IMG/VR virus record: IMGVR_UViG_3300026292_000623
Span: 8,214-72,213 of that record
Reading direction: 5' to 3' (one strand)
Length of the DNA: 64,000 nt
Source: a virus
A model generated the notes under the pieces. It searched no databases. It saw nothing but the letters and a program-made list of their open reading frames with translations, and had not been told where the DNA came from. The position numbers were made by a program, and so were the translations under genes. Shown here piece by piece: positions 49,458 through 57,640 of this stretch. Each line of letters opens with the position of its first letter. Within the stretch, counting starts at the first letter, position 1.

Positions 49458-49944
49458 TTTTACGTGTTTCCTGTTCTATGGCACTAGGTAAAAGTTCTTT
49501 ATTCTCTTCAGCGTCCCATTCTGCTTGAGCTTCTTCACCTATCTTACCTCTAAATGGACAAGGAGTTCCTGCCATCTCCATGGCTTTGAATACTCTTGCG
49601 TCCTGACACATAATACTTACTGCGGCGACCTTCATACCCATATCATAAATTGTTTTAGATAACTTGAGTCTTTCACAGTTTAAATCTCTAACTGTTGATC
49701 CTCCACTAATACCTAGTATCTGGGTTTGTACTGCACCAGATACACCTACTGTACATAGGTCTGAATTACTGCTATTGATACTTGGTGATATTGCACTTGG
49801 TGGTGGGCTTTTTACTGTCGTTTCTGTTGTCCCTTTTGTAGTGACATTGCTTGTTGATTCTGTTACGATAGGGTCTGACAATGCCTGCCCAGCAAATAAC
49901 GTAACGATTGCAAATATAAAAAATGCTCTAATAAATACTGTCAT
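49393..49944 (-). CDS. Exported Cys-containing phage protein
   Basis: Signal peptide; PPSAISP, DLCT.G.SGAVQTQ, NCERLK, AGTPCP; C-terminal hydrophobic anchor. Confidence 0.8.
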   Translation of the reverse strand: MTVFIRAFFIFAIVTLFAGQALSDPIVTESTSNVTTKGTTETTVKSPPPSAISPSINSSNSDLCTVGVSGAVQTQILGISGGSTVRDLNCERLKLSKTIYDMGMKVAAVSIMCQDARVFKAMEMAGTPCPFRGKIGEEAQAEWDAEENKELLPSAIEQETRKNDKLEGAAMGVGASLLLLLLL

Positions 49945-50016
49945 AGTATTGTTGACTCCTATATAACATACTAATATCCTAAAGGATAATTAACTATATA
50001 CATATTTATTAAAAGG

Positions 50017-50032
50017 TGTAAAAATATTTACA
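50017..50032. promoter_or_regulatory. Palindrome TGTAAA-N4-TTTACA (TGT-N10-ACA)
   Basis: In divergent gap between ATAAATA box (50003-50009) and Fis-HTH gene. Confidence 0.5.
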
Positions 50033-50063
50033 TTAGTTTTAATGATAAAAGGAAAGAAATATT

Positions 50064-50312
50064 ATGTTTAAACACCAAGCTATAGAACAAAACCAAAAAG
50101 AGCAAGATGCACTCTTCGAGGCAATGGAACAGTTAGATTGGACTACTAAAGTTGATAGTGTTCCACTTGGTACAGAAGTAGAGAATCTAGAAAAAGAAAG
50201 AATAGTTAATGCTTTAGCATTACATGATGGTAATAGGACTAGAACTGCTGATCAATTAGGGATTGGTAGGACTTTGTTAATACATAAATTAAAGAAATAT
50301 AATTTAGTCTGA
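50064..50312 (+). CDS. Stand-alone Fis-type helix-turn-helix protein
   Basis: LEKERIVNAL...GNRTRTADQLGIGRTLLIHKLKKY. Confidence 0.9.
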   Translation: MFKHQAIEQNQKEQDALFEAMEQLDWTTKVDSVPLGTEVENLEKERIVNALALHDGNRTRTADQLGIGRTLLIHKLKKYNLV

Positions 50313-50510
50313 ATCTTTGCCCCACCTTATAAGATTCCATAGACGTTCGTGAAAGTAAAATGCAATAGTGTTCGCTGTCAATTGAATGACAGCTATAGAA
50401 CCACTTATTGTAAGATCTCGTAGAATAGCATAGCTGATTATAAAAGTACACAATGTACCAGTTAATCGCCAACTAATAGTCTTTATTAAACTTCTTAACC
50501 TCGTATCCAT
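50304..50510 (-). CDS. DUF2061 small membrane protein
   Basis: RSLIKTISWR...FYFHERLW..I.WG. Confidence 0.9.
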   Translation of the reverse strand: MDTRLRSLIKTISWRLTGTLCTFIISYAILRDLTISGSIAVIQLTANTIAFYFHERLWNLIRWGKDSD

Positions 50511-50526
50511 AATAATATTTAGTCAT

Positions 50527-50554
50527 AAAAAAAGGGCGACATTTCTGCCGCCCT
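50527..50554 (-). terminator. Rho-independent terminator after tctC-like gene
   Basis: AGGGCGGCA-gaaa-TGTCGCCCT followed by T-tract on minus strand. Confidence 0.9.
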
Positions 50555-50577
50555 AGTTCTGGGGGATATACTCCAGC

Positions 50578-51639
50578 TTATTTTGCCGGTATTACATCTT
50601 CCTTGAAGATAGCAGGCTTACCTGTAAACTGTAAAAAGTCTACTAGATTTGCATACGTATCTCTTTGAATTTGATTACGTAAAATGTCAAGTGCCGCTTT
50701 CATATCGTCTCCGATAATCCATTCGTACTTACCAGTTTTTACATAGATCTTTGCCATTGACTCTGGGTCTGCTGTCATTGCTTTGAATGCCGCAACTAAC
50801 TTAGGCGTGTTTGGATTATTTCCTTTTGTCCAAAGTGCCTTTTGCATAACGTCACGGAAGTTTCTGCATAGCTCAAATGCTTTCCAGAATTCACCTGATG
50901 GTGCTTCGCCCCACTTCTGTTCAAACACTTCATGAATTGATTTGTTTGGCCAGTTTGGATCTGCATCAATCTCACCTGTTTCCAAGTTGAATACACCTTG
51001 TGAAAACCACATTGTTGAGTAGTCTTTACCTGTGTAATACTTGTTGTAGGCCGCTGTTGATTCACGTGTTACATTTAGTTCACCTCTTTGGTAACCTAAT
51101 CTACGTTCACCACCTGATAAACCTTTAACATATGTATATTCAGTGTTAAAGATTTCTTTAGCTTTTTCCATAGTTAGACCTGGTCCACCTTTAAGTAAGA
51201 TGTGGGCCATCATGTCTGGGTTCATACCTGAACCTGCTGAGAAAATAATCGGCTCTTTATATGGGTCGATTTCATTTCTGTGACCGTTGATGATAGTTAA
51301 GTTCATCATTCCGATTGGATCATATTCATAGTAGTTATAGTCAACTTTGTCAACTAGGTATGATACACCGTTACCACCATGTGATACCATTACGACTTTA
51401 TCATCGTTTTGTAGTTCGTTATGGAACTTATTAAAACCAGGAATATCATTTGCTCCTGGAATATGCATGATCTTGATTCTTTCACCTAAGTGTTTCTCAA
51501 GTTCTTTTGCTACGATCGAAGTCCATACAGATGTACCTGAACCAGGCTTCTGTGGAACAATGAACGTATAATCGGCTAGTGCCGCATTAGCTAAAAATGT
51601 GAATCCTAAGATTGCACCAACTAATAGTTTCTTCATCAT
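50578..51639 (-). CDS. TctC/Bug-like substrate-binding protein
   Basis: Signal peptide; IVPQKPGSGT, IPGA, RGEL; follows tctA. Confidence 0.8.
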   Translation of the reverse strand: MMKKLLVGAILGFTFLANAALADYTFIVPQKPGSGTSVWTSIVAKELEKHLGERIKIMHIPGANDIPGFNKFHNELQNDDKVVMVSHGGNGVSYLVDKVDYNYYEYDPIGMMNLTIINGHRNEIDPYKEPIIFSAGSGMNPDMMAHILLKGGPGLTMEKAKEIFNTEYTYVKGLSGGERRLGYQRGELNVTRESTAAYNKYYTGKDYSTMWFSQGVFNLETGEIDADPNWPNKSIHEVFEQKWGEAPSGEFWKAFELCRNFRDVMQKALWTKGNNPNTPKLVAAFKAMTADPESMAKIYVKTGKYEWIIGDDMKAALDILRNQIQRDTYANLVDFLQFTGKPAIFKEDVIPAK

Positions 51640-51650
51640 GTTCTCCTTTA

Positions 51651-53144
51651 TTAAACGAAGTCTATCTTCGCTTTATTAAAAAATAATCCCCAAATTGCGG
51701 CTATTATTGCTAGTGCAATAAATGTTGCCGGTACAGGGCTTAATAACATATCTTCCCAACCATAATTATAAGTCTGGAATTGTACATAACTTTTTTCAAC
51801 TCTCTCACTTAGAATAAATCCAATTAAGAAACTTACTCTAGAGAATTTGAAATACTTTAAAAATACACCAGCTAAACAACACATACCAAAAATGATATAG
51901 TCATCCATTAAACCTGTGTATTGTGTGCAAGACCATATCAGCGATGCTAATATTGGCCAAAAGTAAATTTGAAATGGAATGTTAGTAATATAAACTGCAT
52001 ATTTGATAAACGCATATGCAATAGGTAATATTATTAATAAACTCCATAAGTAACTGCTCAGCAATACGTCAAAGAAATGTTCGTCCATTAATACACTTGG
52101 TGTACCAAGTTCTAGACCAACATACATCAATAAACCCATTACAATAACTTCAAAAGGTGCACCCGGAATACCAAATAAGATTGTAGGAACATAACTGGTT
52201 GCTTTTTGTGCATTGTTTGCACCTTCACATCCAATAACGCCTCTTACATTTCCCTTTCCAATATTCTCACCTTTTTTACCAGCAACTGCTACTGTTTGAC
52301 TATAGGCAAACCAATCAGCGATGTTACCACCAATACCTGGAATTAATCCAATAAAGCCTCCAATGAAGCCTCCTCTTAATCCATCCCATTTGTATTTCCA
52401 ACTGTCTTTGATTCCTTGCCACAGTTGGCCTATGATAACGCCGTTTGTTAGACTGATTTTTTGTGCTCTCATTTTGTAGGCACTCAACAATTCTGGAAAT
52501 GCTAATACACCTGCCATAACAGGTATCATTTGAATTCCATCACCTAAATACTCCCAATCGAGCCAATTTAACGAGCCTTCTTCAAAGCTCGGTATAACTG
52601 TAATCCAACGTGTTGCCGCTGTCTCTGGATCCATTCCAACGTGTCCTAAAAGAATACCGCCTATTAAAGCAAATATTCCTCTAACCCAATACTTGCTTGA
52701 AATGAAAATAACACAGGTCATTGCAAAAATTAAGAATGCAAACATCTCTATACTACCAAAATATAACACAATCTGTGAATACCAGGGTAAGAATAAAAAT
52801 ACTAATACACCCCAAATTAATCCATTGACCCAACTTGTTGATATTGCCGCACTCAATGCTCTTGCGGCCTCGCCTCTACGACTCATTGGAAATCCATCAA
52901 TCATAGTAGCCGCGGCACCTCCAGCACCCGGTACGTTCATTACTACACCACAAAAACTGTCTCCTATACTAGAAGTTACAACTACTGCGGTTGTGAATAC
53001 TACTAGCATATATGGATCGTGGAACATATGCACGAATGCATAAACTGCAATCAGTCCGGTGGTTGCACCTGCAACTGGAATTAGTCCTACAAAGAATCCG
53101 TAAGCTACACCTAGTAGTAAACAAGCAAGGTAAGTCTCAAACAC
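51651..53144 (-). CDS. tctA: Tripartite tricarboxylate transporter permease
   Basis: GLIP, NVPG...AAT.IDGFPM, GLIPGIGG, EGANNA, FGIPG. Confidence 0.93.
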   Translation of the reverse strand: MFETYLACLLLGVAYGFFVGLIPVAGATTGLIAVYAFVHMFHDPYMLVVFTTAVVVTSSIGDSFCGVVMNVPGAGGAAATMIDGFPMSRRGEAARALSAAISTSWVNGLIWGVLVFLFLPWYSQIVLYFGSIEMFAFLIFAMTCVIFISSKYWVRGIFALIGGILLGHVGMDPETAATRWITVIPSFEEGSLNWLDWEYLGDGIQMIPVMAGVLAFPELLSAYKMRAQKISLTNGVIIGQLWQGIKDSWKYKWDGLRGGFIGGFIGLIPGIGGNIADWFAYSQTVAVAGKKGENIGKGNVRGVIGCEGANNAQKATSYVPTILFGIPGAPFEVIVMGLLMYVGLELGTPSVLMDEHFFDVLLSSYLWSLLIILPIAYAFIKYAVYITNIPFQIYFWPILASLIWSCTQYTGLMDDYIIFGMCCLAGVFLKYFKFSRVSFLIGFILSERVEKSYVQFQTYNYGWEDMLLSPVPATFIALAIIAAIWGLFFNKAKIDFV

Positions 53145-53184
53145 TTATACTTCTCCGTTTATTTTATGATTTGAAATTGTCAAG

Positions 53185-53316
53185 CTATCGAAATAGCAAC
53201 CCAAAAAAACCTATTGTAAATTCTGGGTATACTTGCTCCCTTGCACTCGCTCTGGGTATTGTATATTGACGTTTGAAATGATAGTACAGCTCTGCACTAT
53301 TACTTTTATTTATCAT
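53185..53316 (-). other. Structured intergenic leader or small RNA candidate upstream of tctA
   Basis: ATAAATA box, then ATAGTGCA-gagc-TGTACTAT, ACCCAGAA/TTTTGGGT and GCTAT-TTCG-ATAGC hairpins. Confidence 0.4.
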
Positions 53317-53351
53317 CTGTAAGATAAAACACCTACATAATGATGAATTTC

Positions 53352-54038
53352 TTATATTTTCTTTAAAACAAAGTAATATCTTGAGCCTCTTTCGCCCATA
53401 TCTTGATTTAAAGTAACCAATTCGCAACCCAATCTATCTGCACTATTGATAATGAATTCACTTGTCCACTCGAAAAAGTCTATCCATTTTGCTTCAGGTG
53501 CTTCATGTTGTGTGCCTGGATTAGCTCTGAAATATAGTAATCCGTTTTGTTTTGTTAGACTAACTGCGTGTTCTAGTTCTGTGTAAATTTTATCTACTGT
53601 ACCAAAATTAATACTACCTAAACATATGATAACATCAAAATTGGTTTGTGCATTATAGTCTAATATTCCTACTTGTACATCTGCCCTTTCATTGTAAGGA
53701 TCGATGCCGATAAGATTATTAATCTTACCTTTAAATTCATTGTAACCACAGCCCAAGTCTAAAACTTTCTTGGGCTGTAGGTTGTTCACTTCATCAATTA
53801 TTGATAATCCACTATACTTGTATCTTTTAGTTTGTGGTTGCCATACCTTACTGAAATAGTTCTTAAGTACTTCATGATCAATTAATTCAGTAAGGTTTGC
53901 TAAATTATCAAAAGAGCTAATATTAATATCAACACCAAATGTTCCATTAATAGCCTTTCTTAATAAGTTAGTATCTCGCATAAGCTGAGGACTTGCGGTA
54001 AACATAACTTGTAATTGTTTTATGATTTTACTGTTCAT
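53352..54038 (-). CDS. Class I SAM-dependent methyltransferase
   Basis: VLDLGCG, GIDPY, LGSINFG, RANPG. Confidence 0.85.
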   Translation of the reverse strand: MNSKIIKQLQVMFTASPQLMRDTNLLRKAINGTFGVDINISSFDNLANLTELIDHEVLKNYFSKVWQPQTKRYKYSGLSIIDEVNNLQPKKVLDLGCGYNEFKGKINNLIGIDPYNERADVQVGILDYNAQTNFDVIICLGSINFGTVDKIYTELEHAVSLTKQNGLLYFRANPGTQHEAPEAKWIDFFEWTSEFIINSADRLGCELVTLNQDMGERGSRYYFVLKKI

Positions 54039-54219
54039 TAGTTATTAGTGCCTTCTTATTCTCTTTATTCTCTTTAATGATTTCTTTTCTTATCTTATTC
54101 TTTGCTGGAATAGATGCTATATCTACTGCGGTTACTGTTAGTCCTCCTACATACAATATAGGTGGACCAAAACAACCAGTTAGCATCAAGCAAGTAACAA
54201 TTAATAGAACAGTTCTCAT
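54028..54219 (-). CDS. Small lipoprotein
   Basis: Lipobox LTGC. Confidence 0.65.
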   Translation of the reverse strand: MRTVLLIVTCLMLTGCFGPPILYVGGLTVTAVDIASIPAKNKIRKEIIKENKENKKALITNEQ

Positions 54220-54413
54220 TATTTTTCTTTGGGTATCTTAACCCATCTGTCTACGGCAGTTCCTTTACGATTTGTATACTCCACTCTTAACTCTTTTGTT
54301 CCTTTTGGAGCTGAATGACAAACTGATTTAAATATTTTCTTTAAACCTAGTCCTTCTTTCTCTTCGTTAAACTCTTTGCCGTCGGAGATTTTAATACTTA
54401 TCTTTCTACCCAT
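54219..54413 (-). CDS. Hypothetical protein
   Basis: Coupled ORF; VEYTNRKG. Confidence 0.65.
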   Translation of the reverse strand: MGRKISIKISDGKEFNEEKEGLGLKKIFKSVCHSAPKGTKELRVEYTNRKGTAVDRWVKIPKEK

Positions 54414-54613
54414 TAGTCAAACTCCGATCTGACTATATGTTTTCTTAATGCTCTGACAAGTTCTTCTATCTTGTCTACTACAGAAATCATATCTTTATCT
54501 GTAATATACTTTTGTTTTTCTCTTAACTTGTCGTACTCTTTTAAGGGTATTGTTACTGTGCTTTGTTCGTTTTCAAACGATTTGTCATTATCGTAATCAT
54601 CTACACTTGTCAT
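54413..54613 (-). CDS. Hypothetical protein
   Basis: GGAGG RBS; STVTIPLKEYDKLR. Confidence 0.7.
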   Translation of the reverse strand: MTSVDDYDNDKSFENEQSTVTIPLKEYDKLREKQKYITDKDMISVVDKIEELVRALRKHIVRSEFD

Positions 54614-54634
54614 AACCCTCCTTGGTTACTGTTA

Positions 54635-54832
54635 TTACATTACTGCTTTTTTAGACGTCATTTCATTCTTTTTATCTTGAATTTCTTTACGTCTTGCTTT
54701 TGATAACTTGCCCATCTCACCTAATGCTTTTCTTGCTCTAGATGCGGCCGCTTTTACGCCTTTAGTTTCAAATGCTTCTGACTCACTTAAATAAGTTTGA
54801 TAGTGTGCCATTATCTGTTCATGTGTACTCAT
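54635..54832 (-). CDS. Histone H1-like (Hc1-family) small basic protein
   Basis: F..KGVKAAASRARKALGE..KL.KARRKEIQ. Confidence 0.8.
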   Translation of the reverse strand: MSTHEQIMAHYQTYLSESEAFETKGVKAAASRARKALGEMGKLSKARRKEIQDKKNEMTSKKAVM

Positions 54833-54844
54833 ATTTCCCTTTCC

Positions 54845-54979
54845 TTACCCAAAGTGTTTTGTAATACTTTCAGGTAGTTTAGCTTTAATTGGAGCCCAAA
54901 TAGTGGACTCTATTTTTCCAATGTAAATTGGTCTTGGAATTAACCATCCTATTAATATTCCTATAATTAAAGTAGTCAT
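54845..54979 (-). CDS. Small membrane peptide (44 aa, not in ORF track)
   Basis: MTTLIIGILIGWLIPRP...; GGAG RBS. Confidence 0.6.
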   Translation of the reverse strand: MTTLIIGILIGWLIPRPIYIGKIESTIWAPIKAKLPESITKHFG

Positions 54980-54982
54980 ATT

Positions 54983-55387
54983 TTATAGTTCTCCGTTCTT
55001 TCGCATTCCATCGCGAATGCCTGTAGCACTAATCTTATGGATCTCTTCTCCTAGATCGTGCTGGGTAAATGTATACCCTACTCCCCTTCCATAGCTTATA
55101 TCAACTATGTTAGGAACAATCATTATAACATATTCCTCGTTATATGTAAAGCCTTCTTTTGCTAGTTCTTTCTTGATATTTTCTTCAACATCGGTAACAA
55201 TAAAAGGATTATCATCTTGTTTCATAGTACGTCCACCTGACGCATCTGTTGATCTTGGAACAGTTCTAATTTGAATACATACTTGTCCTGTTTCAGCAAG
55301 AGCTTTTTTAAACAATTCTGTATGACCAGAATGCCAAGGTTGCCATCTTCCTAACATTTGAGTAGTTGGTTTAAATCTATCAAACAT
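54983..55387 (-). CDS. HxGH nucleotidyltransferase (cytidyltransferase-like)
   Basis: LGRWQPWHSGH, DNPF, YGRGVGY, ISATGIR. Confidence 0.88.
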   Translation of the reverse strand: MFDRFKPTTQMLGRWQPWHSGHTELFKKALAETGQVCIQIRTVPRSTDASGGRTMKQDDNPFIVTDVEENIKKELAKEGFTYNEEYVIMIVPNIVDISYGRGVGYTFTQHDLGEEIHKISATGIRDGMRKNGEL

Positions 55388-55626
55388 TATTTCAATACCT
55401 CAATATCTGCGTTTGTTTCAATTACTACACGAGCTCCACAAGATAGTATAGGCTTTTCGTTGCCTCCATATCGTACAACCGAGTCACCATTTATTTTAAC
55501 TTCATGACAATAGGTATTTGTTTTACCTTCTTTGATTGTTATAACTGGTTCGTTTGTACCATGCTTTTTGTTTGCCCTTATCTTATGTTGGTTAACGTGT
55601 ATGTATTTTTTTGCCATCTTTTTCAC
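55387..55626 (-). CDS. Conserved hypothetical phage protein
   Basis: IHVNQH.IR.N...LSCGARV.IET. Confidence 0.75.
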   Translation of the reverse strand: MKKMAKKYIHVNQHKIRANKKHGTNEPVITIKEGKTNTYCHEVKINGDSVVRYGGNEKPILSCGARVVIETNADIEVLK

Positions 55627-55786
55627 TTTTAATAATCATTTCTTTTATTCTTATCATTTCGTTCTTATAGTGTTCGTATGCTTTTAAATAACCTGGGTCT
55701 TGAGTCTCTACCCATTGTCTACTTGCAATGTCACAATTATTTTCTAAGTTTATTAAAATAGTTCTATATTGCTCTCTAAGATTCAC
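55592..55786 (-). CDS. Hypothetical protein
   Basis: Short overlapping ORF in operon. Confidence 0.55.
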   Translation of the reverse strand: MNLREQYRTILINLENNCDIASRQWVETQDPGYLKAYEHYKNEMIRIKEMIIKSEKDGKKIHTR

Positions 55787-56057
55787 TACTACTCTCTTTT
55801 AAAAGGTTATTTGGTTTTTGTATTGGCATTCCACTTCTGTCAAACCATCTATTATCATCTGTTACATAACAATAACTTCTAAATCTAATTCCGTCAAGTC
55901 CTTTTATTGATGTTGCTCTTTTGTGGATTTTTCCTTTATACTCGGTAAAGTCTTTGTTGATTAATTTCATTGAACCTCCACTAGCAGGTTCTCCATATAT
56001 TCTATCAATAGGCTGATCGTTTTCACCAACCATATTACTAACTACTTGTTCGTTCAT
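55776..56057 (-). CDS. Hypothetical protein
   Basis: GGAGG RBS; WFDRSGMP. Confidence 0.65.
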   Translation of the reverse strand: MNEQVVSNMVGENDQPIDRIYGEPASGGSMKLINKDFTEYKGKIHKRATSIKGLDGIRFRSYCYVTDDNRWFDRSGMPIQKPNNLLKESSSES

Positions 56058-56199
56058 TTTCCTCCCAGGCTTCTGGACATATTTTCTTCATAGCTTGTAT
56101 GATTTCTTCTGTTGTCCATTTTCCTTTTATTTGTTTATCTAACTCAATAGATCTGTTGTGTTCTCCTACAAATATCTTTAAGTATTCTTCTTCTGTCAT
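56038..56199 (-). CDS. Hypothetical protein (53 aa, not in ORF track)
   Basis: MTEEEYLKIFVGEHNRS...ICPEAWEE; TAATG coupling to rpmG. Confidence 0.6.
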   Translation of the reverse strand: MTEEEYLKIFVGEHNRSIELDKQIKGKWTTEEIIQAMKKICPEAWEENERTSS

Positions 56200-56408
56200 T
56201 ACTTCGAATGCTTTGGCATTTTCTTTTCAACAAACCAAACGTGCTTTTGTATTACAGGATCAAACTTTCTTTGTCTTAATTTCATTGTTCTCTTTTCTCC
56301 TTTAGTTGGTTTCTTTACGTAATACCTTGTACCAGTATCTGTTTTATTATCTTCTGGTACCATCATTTTTATTTCATAAGTCTTTTTACTAGACTTTTTA
56401 TTTGCCAT
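56199..56408 (-). CDS. rpmG: 50S ribosomal protein L33 (zinc-free type)
   Basis: TGTRYYVKK...KLRQRKFDPVIQKHVWFVEKK. Confidence 0.88.
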   Translation of the reverse strand: MANKKSSKKTYEIKMMVPEDNKTDTGTRYYVKKPTKGEKRTMKLRQRKFDPVIQKHVWFVEKKMPKHSK

Positions 56409-56838
56409 AAATCTCTTTTTCTTCCTGTATCTTATCTCTTACTTCTTGTAAGATTAGATAGGACCACATTTGTGCATCAAAGTGTGTACAGACGAAATCA
56501 GGATTAACTGGTTCTTCAAACATTTTGTTTGTGTCTTCAAATCTTCCTTCTTTGATTGTGTTCATCCATATTGTATAATCAGCATCAAATTCTGTTCTAG
56601 CAAAATTAGTAGGGCAAATAAAATCTGCTACAACTACTCTATTATCTGAGATTGCTTTTGCTGATAACAATCTCATTCTTTCTGCTTGTCGCATACGACC
56701 TTGTTCTGTAAAGTCCCAATCGTCTGCTTCTTCTCTAACTTTGTCAGCATTGAGCCATACTGCATTTAATGCCGGTACTAACAATTTTGCTAATGTAGTT
56801 TTTCCACTACCCGGCAATCCCATAATTAATATTTTCAT
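56398..56838 (-). CDS. cysC: Adenylylsulfate kinase-like protein
   Basis: GLPGSGKTT, NADKVR, DF...GR.RQA, DFICP, FEEP. Confidence 0.85.
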   Translation of the reverse strand: MKILIMGLPGSGKTTLAKLLVPALNAVWLNADKVREEADDWDFTEQGRMRQAERMRLLSAKAISDNRVVVADFICPTNFARTEFDADYTIWMNTIKEGRFEDTNKMFEEPVNPDFVCTHFDAQMWSYLILQEVRDKIQEEKEIYGK

Positions 56839-57032
56839 TCCATCATCATTTTTTTAGAAGGTGCTTTTGGATCATCTTCAATTGGATACTGCATTTTATA
56901 TTCATCTGGATTATTTCTAGCCCATTCTCTTTCTTTGTACCAAGTATACACGAAGTGCCAAAGTATTGCACCTATTGTAACTAATGCCAATCCAATACAT
57001 ATATCTATTAGTGTGCTAATCATATTTTCCAA
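56835..57032 (-). CDS. Small membrane protein (probable start 57023)
   Basis: Single TM segment. Confidence 0.6.
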   Translation of the reverse strand: MENMISTLIDICIGLALVTIGAILWHFVYTWYKEREWARNNPDEYKMQYPIEDDPKAPSKKMMME

Positions 57033-57178
57033 CTCTTAATTTGATCTTTGGTTGGTTTCATTGGTTCACACTTTTCTATTTTGCCACCTTTTGCTAAAAA
57101 CTTTTTCATTGCTTCATCTAGTTTCTTTTGCAACTGCTCTGGTGACGGTTTTAAGTAGTCTTTTTTATGTTCACTCAT
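57020..57178 (-). CDS. SutA RNAP-binding-domain-like peptide (52 aa, not in ORF track)
   Basis: LQKKLDEAMKKFLAKGGKIEKCEP matches the L...FLA.GGKI motif. Confidence 0.65.
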   Translation of the reverse strand: MSEHKKDYLKPSPEQLQKKLDEAMKKFLAKGGKIEKCEPMKPTKDQIKSWKI

Positions 57179-57416
57179 TTTTATATTTTTCTATTTGTTC
57201 TTTAGTCCACTTGTTACCTTTGTAATCTCGTTCACTAAATGGTAACGGTGTTCTGTCCACATACAATCTGTTTGGACAACTATATATCTTTAAAGTTCTT
57301 GCGAACTCTTTTGTTGTATCTGAGCACTGGTAAAAGCAAAGTAGATCTTCTTTAACAATAATATTATCTCGTAAACTACAAGACATCATTCCTGCTACTG
57401 CAAGTTCTAGCATCAT
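57171..57416 (-). CDS. Hypothetical Cys-containing protein
   Basis: C...C.Y.C...CP. Confidence 0.6.
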   Translation of the reverse strand: MMLELAVAGMMSCSLRDNIIVKEDLLCFYQCSDTTKEFARTLKIYSCPNRLYVDRTPLPFSERDYKGNKWTKEQIEKYKNE

Positions 57417-57640
57417 GCTTTTCTTACCTTAGTAACCCATATCTTATCTAAAACAAAGTACCATACAGAATTAACTAATGGTTCAATGATAGCATCTGAT
57501 ACTGCGACCCACATCTCAATGCCTGGATCAAGTATCTTTAGTATTGTGGCCGCTATTATAAAGTGGCCAATAGTAAACACTATTGTTCTAAGTAGTGTTC
57601 CTTTATTTGTTTCTATAAATTTGTTTATTGTTAGTAGCAT
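57413..57640 (-). CDS. DUF2061-like membrane protein
   Basis: RTIVFTIGH..IA...IEP.VN.VWYFVLDKIW. Confidence 0.75.
   Translation of the reverse strand: MLLTINKFIETNKGTLLRTIVFTIGHFIIAATILKILDPGIEMWVAVSDAIIEPLVNSVWYFVLDKIWVTKVRKA

Noticed and set aside
53155-53183. Sigma70 promoter for tctA
   Set aside because: TTGACA is present but there is no -10 element at 16-18 nt spacing.
53185-53427. 80-aa minus-strand ORF
   Set aside because: Overlaps the methyltransferase, has no RBS or motif; the region looks regulatory.
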